This document shows, piece by piece, positions 18,817 to 27,446 of a DNA stretch of 64,000 bases. The DNA is taken from sequence record KX130863, one strand, 5' to 3'. A model generated the notes under the pieces. The model was not told the DNA's origin, did not search any database, and saw only the letters and a list, made by a program, of their open reading frames with translations. Each line of letters starts with the position of its first letter. Position 1 is the stretch's first letter. The DNA is from Shigella phage SHSML-45. Made by a program: the position numbers and the translations under genes.

Positions 18817-19222
18817 CCCTACAGTACTCCAAGCTACCAGAAAGACATGCTAATCTTTCCTCGAATTCCTTACTCTGCTTTTTAGCAATTAATGTAACCA
18901 ATCCAGGCTTTGCAGCTATAATATCTTGACGACTAAGTGCTTTATCAAGCTGATTAATTTTCTTGTCTAGATCTGCTTGCGAAACATTATTCATTGTGAA
19001 ATACTGATTCATTCGAGTCTCACGAAGTTCACTCTCAGCCCTCACATTATTAAGGGAAGTTTCTAGAGAAGAGATCTTTTTAGTAGCTACTGCAAGATCA
19101 CCTGCTAGAGTCTCAACCTTATTAACTAAGTGATAAGCACCGAATCCGATGCCTATCGCCAAACCAGCTCCCAGGATATACCACTTACCTTGCCATAGAG
19201 AACTAATAAAGTTTTTTATCAT
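18797..19222 (-). CDS. membrane-anchored coiled-coil protein (141 aa)
   Basis: N-terminal TM helix. Confidence 0.5.
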   Translation of the reverse strand: MIKNFISSLWQGKWYILGAGLAIGIGFGAYHLVNKVETLAGDLAVATKKISSLETSLNNVRAESELRETRMNQYFTMNNVSQADLDKKINQLDKALSRQDIIAAKPGLVTLIAKKQSKEFEERLACLSGSLEYCRDERKNK

Positions 19223-19899
19223 CTTTTCATATTCCTGAATGACGTAACCGTATCAAATCCATGTGCTGCTAGGCGGTCTTTATCAGAAATGGTAATAATA
19301 TCTGGTTCTCCTGTTCCAAGTACGCCCCAGATATATTGTTCAATTCTCTGGTGTAATCGGTATAAGTTGCTTTCAACTTCCTGCCACGGAATACCTGATA
19401 GATGTAGGCGTGGGTTAGTTATAACCTTGAAATACTTATTACTATCTTTATCATTTGGAACTACTGAGTCTAGAACCGCTAAAGGTACTCTTAACTCAGC
19501 TAAGGCTTCTTCAGCTTTAGAGGTAACTTCTTCTTGCCAGGATAGAATAGATTCTTTTGGCTTTCCTCTATTTATATCTAGTAGAGAAAATCCCGTTGAC
19601 CATCCATTCTCTTTCAAAACTTCTAATGCTTTGTCTAGGTTGAAAGTTTTTACTTGAGTATCCAATACATCAATATGGTACATCCAGTAAATCTCTCCTG
19701 CTAGGAAAAACGGTAGAATTTTAAAGTAGCCTTTCTTTTCACCAACACGAGCAATCATACGTTCTTGCATAATCATGTAGTTGCCATCATCTGGAGCCTT
19801 TATTGTTAGCTCTTCAGTTTTACGCTCCCAAGCACGATCGGGGTCAAACAAGCTGTTCTGCAAATCGTATACATCTGCCCATTTACTAATAATTCTCAT
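19219..19899 (-). CDS. hypothetical protein (226 aa)
   Basis: ORF. Confidence 0.55.
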   Translation of the reverse strand: MRIISKWADVYDLQNSLFDPDRAWERKTEELTIKAPDDGNYMIMQERMIARVGEKKGYFKILPFFLAGEIYWMYHIDVLDTQVKTFNLDKALEVLKENGWSTGFSLLDINRGKPKESILSWQEEVTSKAEEALAELRVPLAVLDSVVPNDKDSNKYFKVITNPRLHLSGIPWQEVESNLYRLHQRIEQYIWGVLGTGEPDIITISDKDRLAAHGFDTVTSFRNMKR

Positions 19900-19902
19900 A
19901 GT

Positions 19903-20418
19903 TTATCCTCTAAATCCCTCGTAAATAGCAAATTCACCAAAATACTCGAATCTTAACTCATTAGCAGTTTCTACTGCTTCTTTAAGATCACTAAAGATTC
20001 CGCCATAGATTGTTTTTCTATCTTTAGTAACAGAAACTTGCCACTTATTAGCTCTTTTATTCCAACTTACATTTTTGTAACCTGAAGTATTATTAGAGTA
20101 CTTTGACTTATTGGCATTATTCTGTGATTCAGTAGACTCCCTCAAGTTATCCCAAACATTATTTGTTGGGTTAATATCTTTATGGTCTATGTTTTCTGGT
20201 ATATAACCTTTCTTATATAGAAAGGCTAACTGATGAGCATAGTAAGGTTTTCCATCAATTCTTATAGAAATATACCCATTGGATTTTCCACCAGCTAAAC
20301 ATCCAGCATGTCTGGCATTCCATGCATTATCTAACTCTTTTCTGAACTTCCACCTAAAATTTCCAATATGTTCATCATACTCCAGAATACTTTTTAGGTA
20401 TTCTTGTGTTAATTCCAT
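19903..20418 (-). CDS. HNH homing endonuclease
   Basis: AHQLAFLYKKGYIPENIDHKDINPTNN motif. Confidence 0.8.
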   Translation of the reverse strand: MELTQEYLKSILEYDEHIGNFRWKFRKELDNAWNARHAGCLAGGKSNGYISIRIDGKPYYAHQLAFLYKKGYIPENIDHKDINPTNNVWDNLRESTESQNNANKSKYSNNTSGYKNVSWNKRANKWQVSVTKDRKTIYGGIFSDLKEAVETANELRFEYFGEFAIYEGFRG

Positions 20419-20504
20419 AATATAATTGATCCTTTTGCCTCAATCTATAAACATATTATACAATACTTGTGGCATCTGAGCAACTGAAATTTTATTACAA
20501 AAAT

Positions 20505-20533
20505 AGCCCAGTCGCAAAATTGCAGGCTGGGCT
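20505..20533 (-). terminator. putative terminator hairpin (minus strand)
   Basis: AGCCCAG-loop-CTGGGCT stem followed on the minus strand by a T-rich tract. Confidence 0.45.
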
Positions 20534-20568
20534 TTGTCATTATTATTCTTGCTAGGAGGTGATTATCA

Positions 20569-20958
20569 TCACTCTTGTTTACTTAATTCTCTAGCACGAC
20601 GTAGCGATCCAGCGGTTCTCCATAGTTTAATGTCGTCAACAACTTCTTTGTAGGGAGCAATAGTAAGACCTAGCGGCCCCGCTACCAACAGTCCAAAGAA
20701 ACCAATTACACGCATGTAAAGCAAGCATTCTTTGGGAGTCATTGACTGGACAGCCTGTCTTTCCTCAGCACTGTCGAACTCGTGTTCTTGATAGTCTAAA
20801 CGTAGGTACTTAATAAACCATTCAGCAGAATATTCATCCAGATGACGAATAACTGCAATAGCATAGCCTAAACCAATAATAAACCATGCTGCTACAATGA
20901 ATAAAATAAAGCTCATGATATCTCCAGTTAAAGTTGAGGTCAGCGACCAACTCACCAC
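20569..20958 (-). CDS. membrane protein (129 aa)
   Basis: Two or three TM helices. Confidence 0.5.
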   Translation of the reverse strand: MVSWSLTSTLTGDIMSFILFIVAAWFIIGLGYAIAVIRHLDEYSAEWFIKYLRLDYQEHEFDSAEERQAVQSMTPKECLLYMRVIGFFGLLVAGPLGLTIAPYKEVVDDIKLWRTAGSLRRARELSKQE

Positions 20959-21032
20959 TTACCGCACTAAGGGGCACGACTCCCTTATCCGTAACAGTTG
21001 CAGGTGACGCAACTCGGTCCTACGCGAGTTCT

Positions 21033-21317
21033 TTACTTGCTCTGCATTTCAGCGCGAAACTTTTTCATCTTACGAGTTTTACGGAAGAAGAAGTAAGTAG
21101 CTACTGGCCCGAACAAGGTGTCCATGATAAGCATACCTGACATAATGAATTTGAACATCTTTTCATCGTCAAATTCTGCTAATTCTGGTGGACGATATTT
21201 GTTTATAACATAAAGAATAACATCTTTATTTTTAGAGATATACAGATCATCAATCAGGCTGTAAATCGCGACAACTGCACCAATAACAAACCACAAAGCA
21301 AATGGAGAGATAATCAT
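21033..21317 (-). CDS. small membrane protein (94 aa)
   Basis: Hydrophobic helices. Confidence 0.45.
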   Translation of the reverse strand: MIISPFALWFVIGAVVAIYSLIDDLYISKNKDVILYVINKYRPPELAEFDDEKMFKFIMSGMLIMDTLFGPVATYFFFRKTRKMKKFRAEMQSK

Positions 21318-21607
21318 TTAAGATCCTTTTCATCAATTAGAATAGTAACAAACAATGGTACACAACCTGGGCACAAATCTTTACCAAACTTTTCCATCAC
21401 ATCCCAAAGTGGTAAAGTAATCACACCATTCTTAACTCTAGGATCTGTATACTCAGCTATTCGTTTATTTGCAAAATCAGTAGCTAAATCTGAGTTATGC
21501 TCGTAGCTATAATCAGTCCAGAATTTAACATGATCCTTTCTAAGATATTCTAGTACAGCATCAGTTGCTGGAATCTGTACTAGACTGTTGAGATTTAGCT
21601 CTTTCAC
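21314..21607 (-). CDS. hypothetical protein (97 aa)
   Basis: ORF. Confidence 0.45.
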   Translation of the reverse strand: MKELNLNSLVQIPATDAVLEYLRKDHVKFWTDYSYEHNSDLATDFANKRIAEYTDPRVKNGVITLPLWDVMEKFGKDLCPGCVPLFVTILIDEKDLK

Positions 21608-22058
21608 GTTCTTCTCTCCGACGTTTGCGTTCTTTCATCATGTAAGCTGCTACAACTTCATGGTAGTAGTCGTTAATGTTACCTTCAGGCAAGAAATGCT
21701 TAATCGTTTCTAGCTGGCAGACAACACGGTAAAGATGTTTATTTGGTAAACATAATTTCATGCCCATAACAAATCCAGAGAAGCCTGGAACACTGAACAT
21801 GGGTTGGGCTTCTACGTTGCCCTCTGGATTGATACTAAGTTCAATCGAGATGCCCATTTTCATGCTATAAAGCTGACAGCCTTCACCATTGCCAAATCTT
21901 GACCAAACAGTGAAGTCCTCATCTATCTGATCTTGGATTTCTTCGACTGCATGTTTAATTCTAGGGTCTAAATTACTCATCTTCACCTTCAAAGCCGCAG
22001 TCATAACGGCAAGTAAAAGAATCAGAACTATTAGTACGTTGAGTAGTGATTTCACCAC
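21561..22058 (-). CDS. hypothetical protein (start uncertain)
   Basis: ORF overlapping both neighbours. Confidence 0.45.
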   Translation of the reverse strand: MVKSLLNVLIVLILLLAVMTAALKVKMSNLDPRIKHAVEEIQDQIDEDFTVWSRFGNGEGCQLYSMKMGISIELSINPEGNVEAQPMFSVPGFSGFVMGMKLCLPNKHLYRVVCQLETIKHFLPEGNINDYYHEVVAAYMMKERKRRREERERAKSQQSSTDSSN

Positions 22059-22275
22059 GTTTACTAACAGTAATAGCCGGAGTAGAGAAGTTTTTATTAG
22101 TATAGATTTCTACTTTGCCATTACGTTCTTTAACATCACGTACTTTACCATATTCGGTGGTAATGCCGTTCTGTTGTATCCTAACACTACCATTTTTCAT
22201 AGAAACTTTGGTAGATGCCAGAGAACCGAAACTAACTGCTGAGATTACTAGAGCAATAATAAACTTATTCATCTT
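21973..22275 (-). CDS. secreted protein with signal peptide (start set to internal Met)
   Basis: MKMNKFIIALVISAVSFGSLAST signal-like N-terminus. Confidence 0.45.
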   Translation of the reverse strand, partial: KMNKFIIALVISAVSFGSLASTKVSMKNGSVRIQQNGITTEYGKVRDVKERNGKVEIYTNKNFSTPAITVSKRGEITTQRTNSSDSFTCRYDCGFEGEDE

Positions 22276-22546
22276 CATCGTCCTCTTTACAGTCACGGCA
22301 TACATCATAATCATTGAAAGAATGTTCGTGAGCTTCACACCACCAAGAACAAGAATCGCACAAGAAAATTTCTGTTTTCTCTATTGACTGTCCAAGCAGT
22401 TCGTCTGCTTCATCTTCTGTGATTTTCAAACTACAAACATCAGCAACACGTTTAACAATCATTTTACCTGCTTCATGATAAGACATACAAGTCCCAACAA
22501 CATCATGCTCAAGTACATGAACAGCACAGTCTAAGTGAGTTTTCAT
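22265..22546 (-). CDS. Cys-rich acidic protein (93 aa)
   Basis: CDSCSWWC..CRDC motif; own promoter. Confidence 0.5.
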   Translation of the reverse strand: MKTHLDCAVHVLEHDVVGTCMSYHEAGKMIVKRVADVCSLKITEDEADELLGQSIEKTEIFLCDSCSWWCEAHEHSFNDYDVCRDCKEDDEDE

Positions 22547-22577
22547 TTCAAAGCCCTCTCTATCAATTTATATAAAT

Positions 22578-22606
22578 ATTATATCAATAAAGAGGCTCTT
22601 TAGCAA
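22578..22606 (-). promoter_or_regulatory. sigma70-type early promoter (TTGCTA-N17-TATAAT)
   Basis: Consensus hexamers and conserved leader. Confidence 0.55.
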
Positions 22607-22623
22607 ATGAATTATTTACGAAA

Positions 22624-22971
22624 TTAGTCGTAGCACCACCATAAACCACGCTTACGCATGTCATGGTCGCGATTATAATCATAATTTTCTGGATCTTTCA
22701 TCACGCGGTGGAGTTCTTGACGATTCCCTTGACGAACCATTTTATTAGAATGCCACTTAACATTCTTACTAATAGAATTCCAGTTATAACCATCCTTTTT
22801 CTCATTACGAATGGTTGCTTCCTTCATTTCTTTTTTGATGTCGTCCCAAGATTTGGCATAAGTAACACGAATGTAGTAGCCACTTGCTTTGAGGAAAGTA
22901 TATCCCTGGGTGTAATTAGCTTTAGACTTCCACCACTGATCACCAGTTTGTCTACGATAAGTACGGCTCAT
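22624..22971 (-). CDS. hypothetical basic protein (115 aa)
   Basis: ORF. Confidence 0.5.
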   Translation of the reverse strand: MSRTYRRQTGDQWWKSKANYTQGYTFLKASGYYIRVTYAKSWDDIKKEMKEATIRNEKKDGYNWNSISKNVKWHSNKMVRQGNRQELHRVMKDPENYDYNRDHDMRKRGLWWCYD

Positions 22972-23046
22972 ATTACCTCCATTAAGTCTTTTAAATTAAC
23001 CTAATGTGGATGAATTTTATTATACATAAACTATTTTCCTGTACAC

Positions 23047-23090
23047 AGAAAAACCCCAGACTACTTATTCAATAGCTGGGGTTTGTTATT
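23047..23090. terminator. bidirectional terminator hairpin
   Basis: CCCCAG-loop-CTGGGG stem flanked by A-run and T-run. Confidence 0.55.
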
Positions 23091-23092
23091 AA

Positions 23093-23407
23093 TTACAGAT
23101 CGGGGCGTTCATCTTCGAAACAGCCTGAGCTAATTCCTTCTCCGAATCCTACAAAGCCATCAAATTCGTCATTTGAGATGCCCATAATCATTGCTTCCAT
23201 TTTCCTAATCTCCGAGATTTTCATGCCTGCTTTACTATTCTTATAGTACTTGCGAGGGTTCCCACACATCCAACAAGAACAGATGCAAGGAGTAGTAGTG
23301 ATAATACCTAACCGTTTAGGGCTTTCTTCATGTGGGAAGACTGTCCAATACTTTTTGCGATTGTTCTTCACACGTTGCCGGTGATGGCGTCTCAATGCTC
23401 GATCCAC
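23093..23407 (-). CDS. hypothetical Cys-rich protein (104 aa)
   Basis: ORF. Confidence 0.45.
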   Translation of the reverse strand: MDRALRRHHRQRVKNNRKKYWTVFPHEESPKRLGIITTTPCICSCWMCGNPRKYYKNSKAGMKISEIRKMEAMIMGISNDEFDGFVGFGEGISSGCFEDERPDL

Positions 23408-23488
23408 ACATTTCTCCTAAAACTTGGGAGATAAATGGAGTTTGCTCGACTACCTTGCGTAGCTGGGAGAAATCGTATCCAAACCCCA

Positions 23489-23857
23489 TTACATCGCCTG
23501 AGTAAATGTACGACTAATAACGTCGTTCTGTTGTTCACGAGTCAGTGCGTTAAAACGTACAGCGTACCCTGAAACACGGATAGTTAATTGAGGGTATTTT
23601 TCAGGATGTTTCTGTGCATCCAAAAGCTGATCACGACTTAACACATTGACATTTAGGTGCTGACCTCCCTCGATTTGAGGAACTACTTCCACCTTGACTT
23701 CACGGAAGGATTCGGGGTCAAAATGTGGTGTGATACCTTCTAGATCCTCAACCAGAACTTTTTGTTTAAGTTCACCATCTTTAGAGTACAGTTGAATAAT
23801 CTGATTATCATGAACAAGATTAATTACGCCAGACTTAAGATTTTGATATGCTTTCAT
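23489..23857 (-). CDS. GrcA/YfiD-like autonomous glycyl radical protein
   Basis: C-terminal [17 protein letters not shown] glycyl-radical motif; start moved to Met26, which has an AGGAG RBS, because the GTG-extended ORF overlaps the adjacent tRNA. Confidence 0.8.
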   Translation of the reverse strand: MKAYQNLKSGVINLVHDNQIIQLYSKDGELKQKVLVEDLEGITPHFDPESFREVKVEVVPQIEGGQHLNVNVLSRDQLLDAQKHPEKYPQLTIRVSGYAVRFNALTREQQNDVISRTFTQAM

Positions 23858-23870
23858 TAGCTCTCCTGTT

Positions 23871-23946
23871 TGGTAGTTAGTAGTGGATTTGAACCACTGT
23901 AGTCGCTCCGTATGAAGGAGGTGCATAACCACTCTGCCAACTAACT
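23871..23946 (-). tRNA. tRNA-Met (anticodon CAT), CCA encoded
   Basis: Hand fold: 7-bp acceptor, T-arm AGTGG-TTCAAAT-CCACT, anticodon loop TTCATAC. Confidence 0.7.
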
Positions 23947-24042
23947 ATTATGTTTTACTAGGCTAAGTAAGTATTCTTTATACTCTTTAGACCAACTAGC
24001 TTTTTTAAACTTTCCTGGACGCATAGCCTTAATTCCTAGATT

Positions 24043-24119
24043 TGGTACTCCGGGAGGGATTTAAACCCCCGATCTCTCGGTTATCAGCCGAGTGCTTTAG
24101 ATCGCTAAGCTACCGAAGC
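24043..24119 (-). tRNA. tRNA-Ile (anticodon GAT), CCA encoded
   Basis: Hand fold: D-stem GCTT/AAGC, anticodon arm CTCGG-CTGATAA-CCGAG. Confidence 0.7.
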
Positions 24120-24134
24120 ATTAAAATATTTACA

Positions 24135-24425
24135 TCACACACTGTCTAAGTAAGAAGTATAGTGGAATTTAGTTTCTCCAGTATTATCTACTTCTACCTC
24201 AGTTCGTGGTACTTGACGAACCACACCATGAATCATCTTATATCGGATGCCTCTAGCTGGTTCATGATCTTTTGGAAATACTTGTTTAACCGTCACTACT
24301 TTATATTCTTCACGCGGTGTTAGCACTACTACTTGATCACCCTCTTTGATTTTCCAAGAAGATGGAAATTCATAGGTGTATCTTTGACCACCGGTAAGGA
24401 ATATAACAGAAAGATAACGTTTCAT
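24135..24425 (-). CDS. hypothetical protein (96 aa)
   Basis: ORF preceded by conserved promoter and leader. Confidence 0.55.
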   Translation of the reverse strand: MKRYLSVIFLTGGQRYTYEFPSSWKIKEGDQVVVLTPREEYKVVTVKQVFPKDHEPARGIRYKMIHGVVRQVPRTEVEVDNTGETKFHYTSYLDSV

Positions 24426-24455
24426 TTGGTTTCCCTCTCATTAATTTATATAAAT

Positions 24456-24484
24456 ATTATAGCAATAAATAAGAGAGAAAGCAA
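24456..24484 (-). promoter_or_regulatory. sigma70-type early promoter
   Basis: TTGCTT-N17-TATAAT on the minus strand; conserved leader. Confidence 0.55.
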
Positions 24485-24502
24485 ATGAGTTTTTCTTGAA
24501 AT

Positions 24503-24577
24503 TGGTAGCGGGTTCCAGTACTGCCCTGGACTTACTTAGCTTATGAGACTAAGAAGAACTCTATGCCTCCCACCCGC
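24503..24577 (-). tRNA. non-canonical tRNA-like gene, anticodon CAT
   Basis: Anticodon arm TTAGT-CTCATAA-GCTAA, perfect 5-bp T-stem with atypical loop GGCAGTA, CCA encoded; no U8, acceptor has a mismatch. Confidence 0.4.
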
Positions 24578-24831
24578 AATTGTTTGGTCATTCTAGGCAG
24601 GACTCGAACCTGCTATCACTTGTGCGGACTTACGAGAACCATTCTTTCACTCGAATCGAACGAGCTTCTGCCCTCGCCAAGTTGGTTTCCCCATCAACCA
24701 CGCTAGAATGTTAGATTGTTTTCAGTGCAAGAGTCCGAGTCTTGGACACGACCGCTTCGCAAGTACATAGGCAGCTTATCATGAGTCAGCACTTCCGAAT
24801 TGCTAGCTCCGTGTTCTGCACTGAAATTCTG

Positions 24832-25179
24832 TTAGTTTAATCGTAAAGTATTATCTACTTCACCATTAATTGTTCGGCATTCCTCTGGGATTGCCGGGGT
24901 GGCCTTGTATTCCCACCACTCAGCACCATCATATTCCCCACGTTCTAGCCAAGTTCCATCGGCAAACCATACATTACCATAAAGTAATTGTCCACCGTAT
25001 CCAGAATCATATTCAAAGTCTAGGTTATTAAGAAAATCCTCAATGTATTCTTCTGTATAACCTAAAGGTAATACCCAAACTTTTTTATCCCCATAATACC
25101 CGAATTCTATTTTAATACACTTAACTTTAGAATTGGTATTTTTTAAGGCGAGTAACAGCTCTTCTTTAGCATTACGCAT
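24832..25179 (-). CDS. hypothetical protein (115 aa)
   Basis: ORF. Confidence 0.5.
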   Translation of the reverse strand: MRNAKEELLLALKNTNSKVKCIKIEFGYYGDKKVWVLPLGYTEEYIEDFLNNLDFEYDSGYGGQLLYGNVWFADGTWLERGEYDGAEWWEYKATPAIPEECRTINGEVDNTLRLN

Positions 25180-25204
25180 AGTATATTCTCATACTGAATT
25201 ATTT

Positions 25205-25281
25205 TGGCGCGACCGATGGGATTTGAACCCACATTCCCTCCCGTGACAGGGGAGTACCATTACCAAGCCAGCCCCGGTCGC
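25205..25281 (-). tRNA. tRNA-Asp (anticodon GTC), CCA encoded
   Basis: Anticodon arm CTCCC-CTGTCAC-GGGAG; T-loop TTCAAAT. Confidence 0.7.
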
Positions 25282-25290
25282 ATAATTTAT

Positions 25291-25476
25291 TTACTCAGCT
25301 TTGAGTTTTTCAATAGCTGCATTAAGTTCTTTAAGAAACTCTTTTCGTACATTAAGACGATTGAGACTTACTAGTATATCATGTTTAAGTTCTTCGATGT
25401 ATTTCTTCTCAACTTCAATATTGTTGATAGTGCTATCACGATGAACTTCTAGCTGCGCAATCACATTCTTGGACAT
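25291..25476 (-). CDS. hypothetical coiled-coil protein (61 aa)
   Basis: Short ORF between tRNAs. Confidence 0.35.
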   Translation of the reverse strand: MSKNVIAQLEVHRDSTINNIEVEKKYIEELKHDILVSLNRLNVRKEFLKELNAAIEKLKAE

Positions 25477-25503
25477 GCTTGTTTCCTCAGTTATTAATGA
25501 AAA

Positions 25504-25576
25504 TGGTATCTGTGGCTGAATTCGATGTCAGCAATGATAGCTGGTTGGCTACCGGTTTACTTAACTCTACACAGAA
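25504..25576 (-). tRNA. tRNA-like element (anticodon unresolved)
   Basis: Encoded CCA, 7-bp acceptor with one mismatch, GCTGA/TCAGC stem, but anticodon loop of 6 or 8 nt. Confidence 0.3.
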
Positions 25577-25578
25577 TT

Positions 25579-25661
25579 TGGCGGGCCGTGTAGGATTCGA
25601 ACCTACGTTGTCTTTCGACACGGATTAACAATCCGCCGCCAAACCGCTTGGCTAACGACCC
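25579..25661 (-). tRNA. tRNA with anticodon GTT (Asn) and a 13-nt extra arm
   Basis: Acceptor GGGTCGT/ACGGCCC, D-arm GCCA-AGCGGTT-TGGC, T-arm GTAGG-TTCGAAT-CCTAC, variable hairpin TGTC-GAAA-GACA. Confidence 0.55.
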
Positions 25662-25813
25662 TAAATTTATATTGCTGACTAGGATTTTCACCTAGACGGA
25701 GTTAGCACCGTAGCGTGTAGCGGCATACCTCTCCAAACCGTGCCTCATCTTTCAATTACGGAGACAGTGTTCCTACGCGTGCCTGAATTGATTTAACAAT
25801 TCTTTCAGCAAAT

Positions 25814-25889
25814 TGGACGACCGCATGAGATTTGAACTCACATAAAAAGGATTTGCAATCCTTCGCCTAAGCCATTCAGCCAACGGTCG
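25814..25889 (-). tRNA. tRNA-Cys (anticodon GCA), CCA encoded
   Basis: Anticodon arm AAGGA-TTGCAAA-TCCTT; T-loop TTCAAAT. Confidence 0.7.
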
Positions 25890-26067
25890 ATCTATCTTGT
25901 TTTTCGAGATCTTCAAATTCTAGATCATTGAAGTTCCCTAGAGTACGGGTGTAGAACCTATCTCCTGAGTCATAGCCTGATTTACCACAATCATACATTT
26001 TAAATTCACGAAGAGGTGTGAAAATGTGTTCAGAACCACAACACTTAAATCTAACTAATCGTTTCAT
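25876..26067 (-). CDS. hypothetical protein (63 aa)
   Basis: Short ORF; 5-prime end overlaps tRNA-Cys, so start may be internal. Confidence 0.35.
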   Translation of the reverse strand: MKRLVRFKCCGSEHIFTPLREFKMYDCGKSGYDSGDRFYTRTLGNFNDLEFEDLEKQDRSTVG

Positions 26068-26116
26068 TAGCTTCTCCAGTTCAATTTATGTAATTATTAT
26101 ATAGAACTTTTGGAAA

Positions 26117-26395
26117 CTAAGCGACTACATTTTTTAAGAATTTGATGCCTTTCTTTTTCTTCTTATATTTCCACGTTAATGGATTTTGTCGATTATGAGC
26201 GCTTGAGATCTTTGTCTCGTCAAAGTTCTTCAATATCATGTAATCACAGGATAATTGTTCTAGTGGAATGTGATCACCGTCAAAAGCGTATACATAAGGC
26301 TGTTGACTAGCACGATAATGATAGACTTTGTTAATTCTACGTTTCAGCGACTTATCCGCGCAGTAAATAAAGAAGTTTTCAGGATGCATCAGCAT
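26117..26395 (-). CDS. hypothetical protein (92 aa)
   Basis: ORF. Confidence 0.5.
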   Translation of the reverse strand: MLMHPENFFIYCADKSLKRRINKVYHYRASQQPYVYAFDGDHIPLEQLSCDYMILKNFDETKISSAHNRQNPLTWKYKKKKKGIKFLKNVVA

Positions 26396-26405
26396 CTACT
26401 TCAAT

Positions 26406-26489
26406 TTGGTGCATCGTGATGGATTTGAACCACCAACCCCGAAGGGCACGGATTTACAGACCGCTGCAATAGACATTCTGCCAACGATG
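26406..26489 (-). tRNA. tRNA-Tyr (anticodon GTA), long variable arm, CCA encoded
   Basis: 84 nt; variable-arm hairpin CCC-TTCG-GGG; anticodon loop CTGTAAA. Confidence 0.7.
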
Positions 26490-26570
26490 CACATTTAAAA
26501 GTATTCAAATACTAGTTTAAACACTTTTAAATATGTTTCCAAATTAGATAACTATTATACCAAGTTTTAA

Positions 26571-26612
26571 GGCACTGAGCAAGTCAAATTTCGAAGAACT
26601 TGCTCAGTGCTG
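26571..26612. other. perfect 13-bp inverted repeat hairpin
   Basis: GCACTGAGCAAGT-N16-ACTTGCTCAGTGC between a CDS and the tRNA-Tyr promoter region. Confidence 0.6.
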
Positions 26613-26618
26613 TATTAG

Positions 26619-26894
26619 TTAGTCGAACTTAGGAGTGACAGTTAAGGAGAACGGAAGTTCAAAAACTTCTTCCCCCTCATTACTAACTGTAACTACACGA
26701 CCTTTAAGTTCAGACATTAAAATATCAATATCAGCTTTTGCATCTGGAGCCATGCCAGCTTCAACACATTTAGCTTTAACTTCCGGAAGGAGTTCTACAT
26801 CGTAGAAATAAAGCCATTCAATCTCACCTTCCCAGCCTTCCCAGGATTTACAGATTGCACTTTCAATACCAGTTGCTATAACACGATTTTGCAT
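26619..26894 (-). CDS. hypothetical protein (91 aa)
   Basis: ORF preceded by promoter and leader. Confidence 0.5.
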   Translation of the reverse strand: MQNRVIATGIESAICKSWEGWEGEIEWLYFYDVELLPEVKAKCVEAGMAPDAKADIDILMSELKGRVVTVSNEGEEVFELPFSLTVTPKFD

Positions 26895-26924
26895 TCGTTA
26901 ACTCCTTCATCAATTTATATAACT

Positions 26925-26954
26925 ATTATATCAGAAATTTAAAGTAAAAGGCAA
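26925..26954 (-). promoter_or_regulatory. sigma70-type early promoter
   Basis: TTGCCT-N18-TATAAT on the minus strand; conserved leader. Confidence 0.5.
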
Positions 26955-26984
26955 GTACATTTTTAAAAATTCTATTCGGAGGAG

Positions 26985-27191
26985 CTAAACTCCAGATTCT
27001 TCGGCCAAGTCTAGACTAATAAGAGTTATAGCCATAATTGCCGCACCATGTTCTTTTTCCCCGGTGTTTTTAGCAGAGTCTATAATATCCTTAATCTGTT
27101 CGTAATAACTTTTTACTTCTTGTTCAATACCTGCCTCGGCTATCATGCCTTTAGTCATGATTCGTTGCATAGTAATTTCACGGTTAGCCAT
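26985..27191 (-). CDS. hypothetical protein (68 aa)
   Basis: ORF. Confidence 0.45.
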   Translation of the reverse strand: MANREITMQRIMTKGMIAEAGIEQEVKSYYEQIKDIIDSAKNTGEKEHGAAIMAITLISLDLAEESGV

Positions 27192-27365
27192 GATGTTTCT
27201 CCAGCTTCATTTTTAATAGTTTACAAATGAAGTCAACGTCTTCATCTGTGCCTAGATCTCTATCTTCAAGAGTTGCCTTGAAGTTTTTCGTTAGTTCCAT
27301 AAGAACTACTTCTCTAGAACGACGTGTTGGCGGGGGTGGATGTCTATACATCTTATTTCCTTAAT

Positions 27366-27440
27366 TTGGTGGGTCGGAGGAGAATCTAACTCCTACTCGT
27401 TAGCTTATGAGGCCACCGCTTTAACTTTAAGCTACCGACC
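27366..27440 (-). tRNA. tRNA-Met (anticodon CAT; fMet or Ile2 not excluded), CCA encoded
   Basis: Acceptor GGGTCGG/CCGACCC, D-arm GCTT-AAAGTTA-AAGC, anticodon loop CTCATAA, T-arm AGGAG-TTAGATT-CTCCT. Confidence 0.65.
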
Positions 27441-27446
27441 CTATGT

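Noticed and set aside
24589-24710. Canonical tRNA call for the element with T-arm GCAGG-TTCGAGT-CCTGC
   Set aside because: The only 5-prime partner for the acceptor strand lies 121 nt away and no D-arm or anticodon arm can be placed; reported as a tRNA-like element in findings instead.
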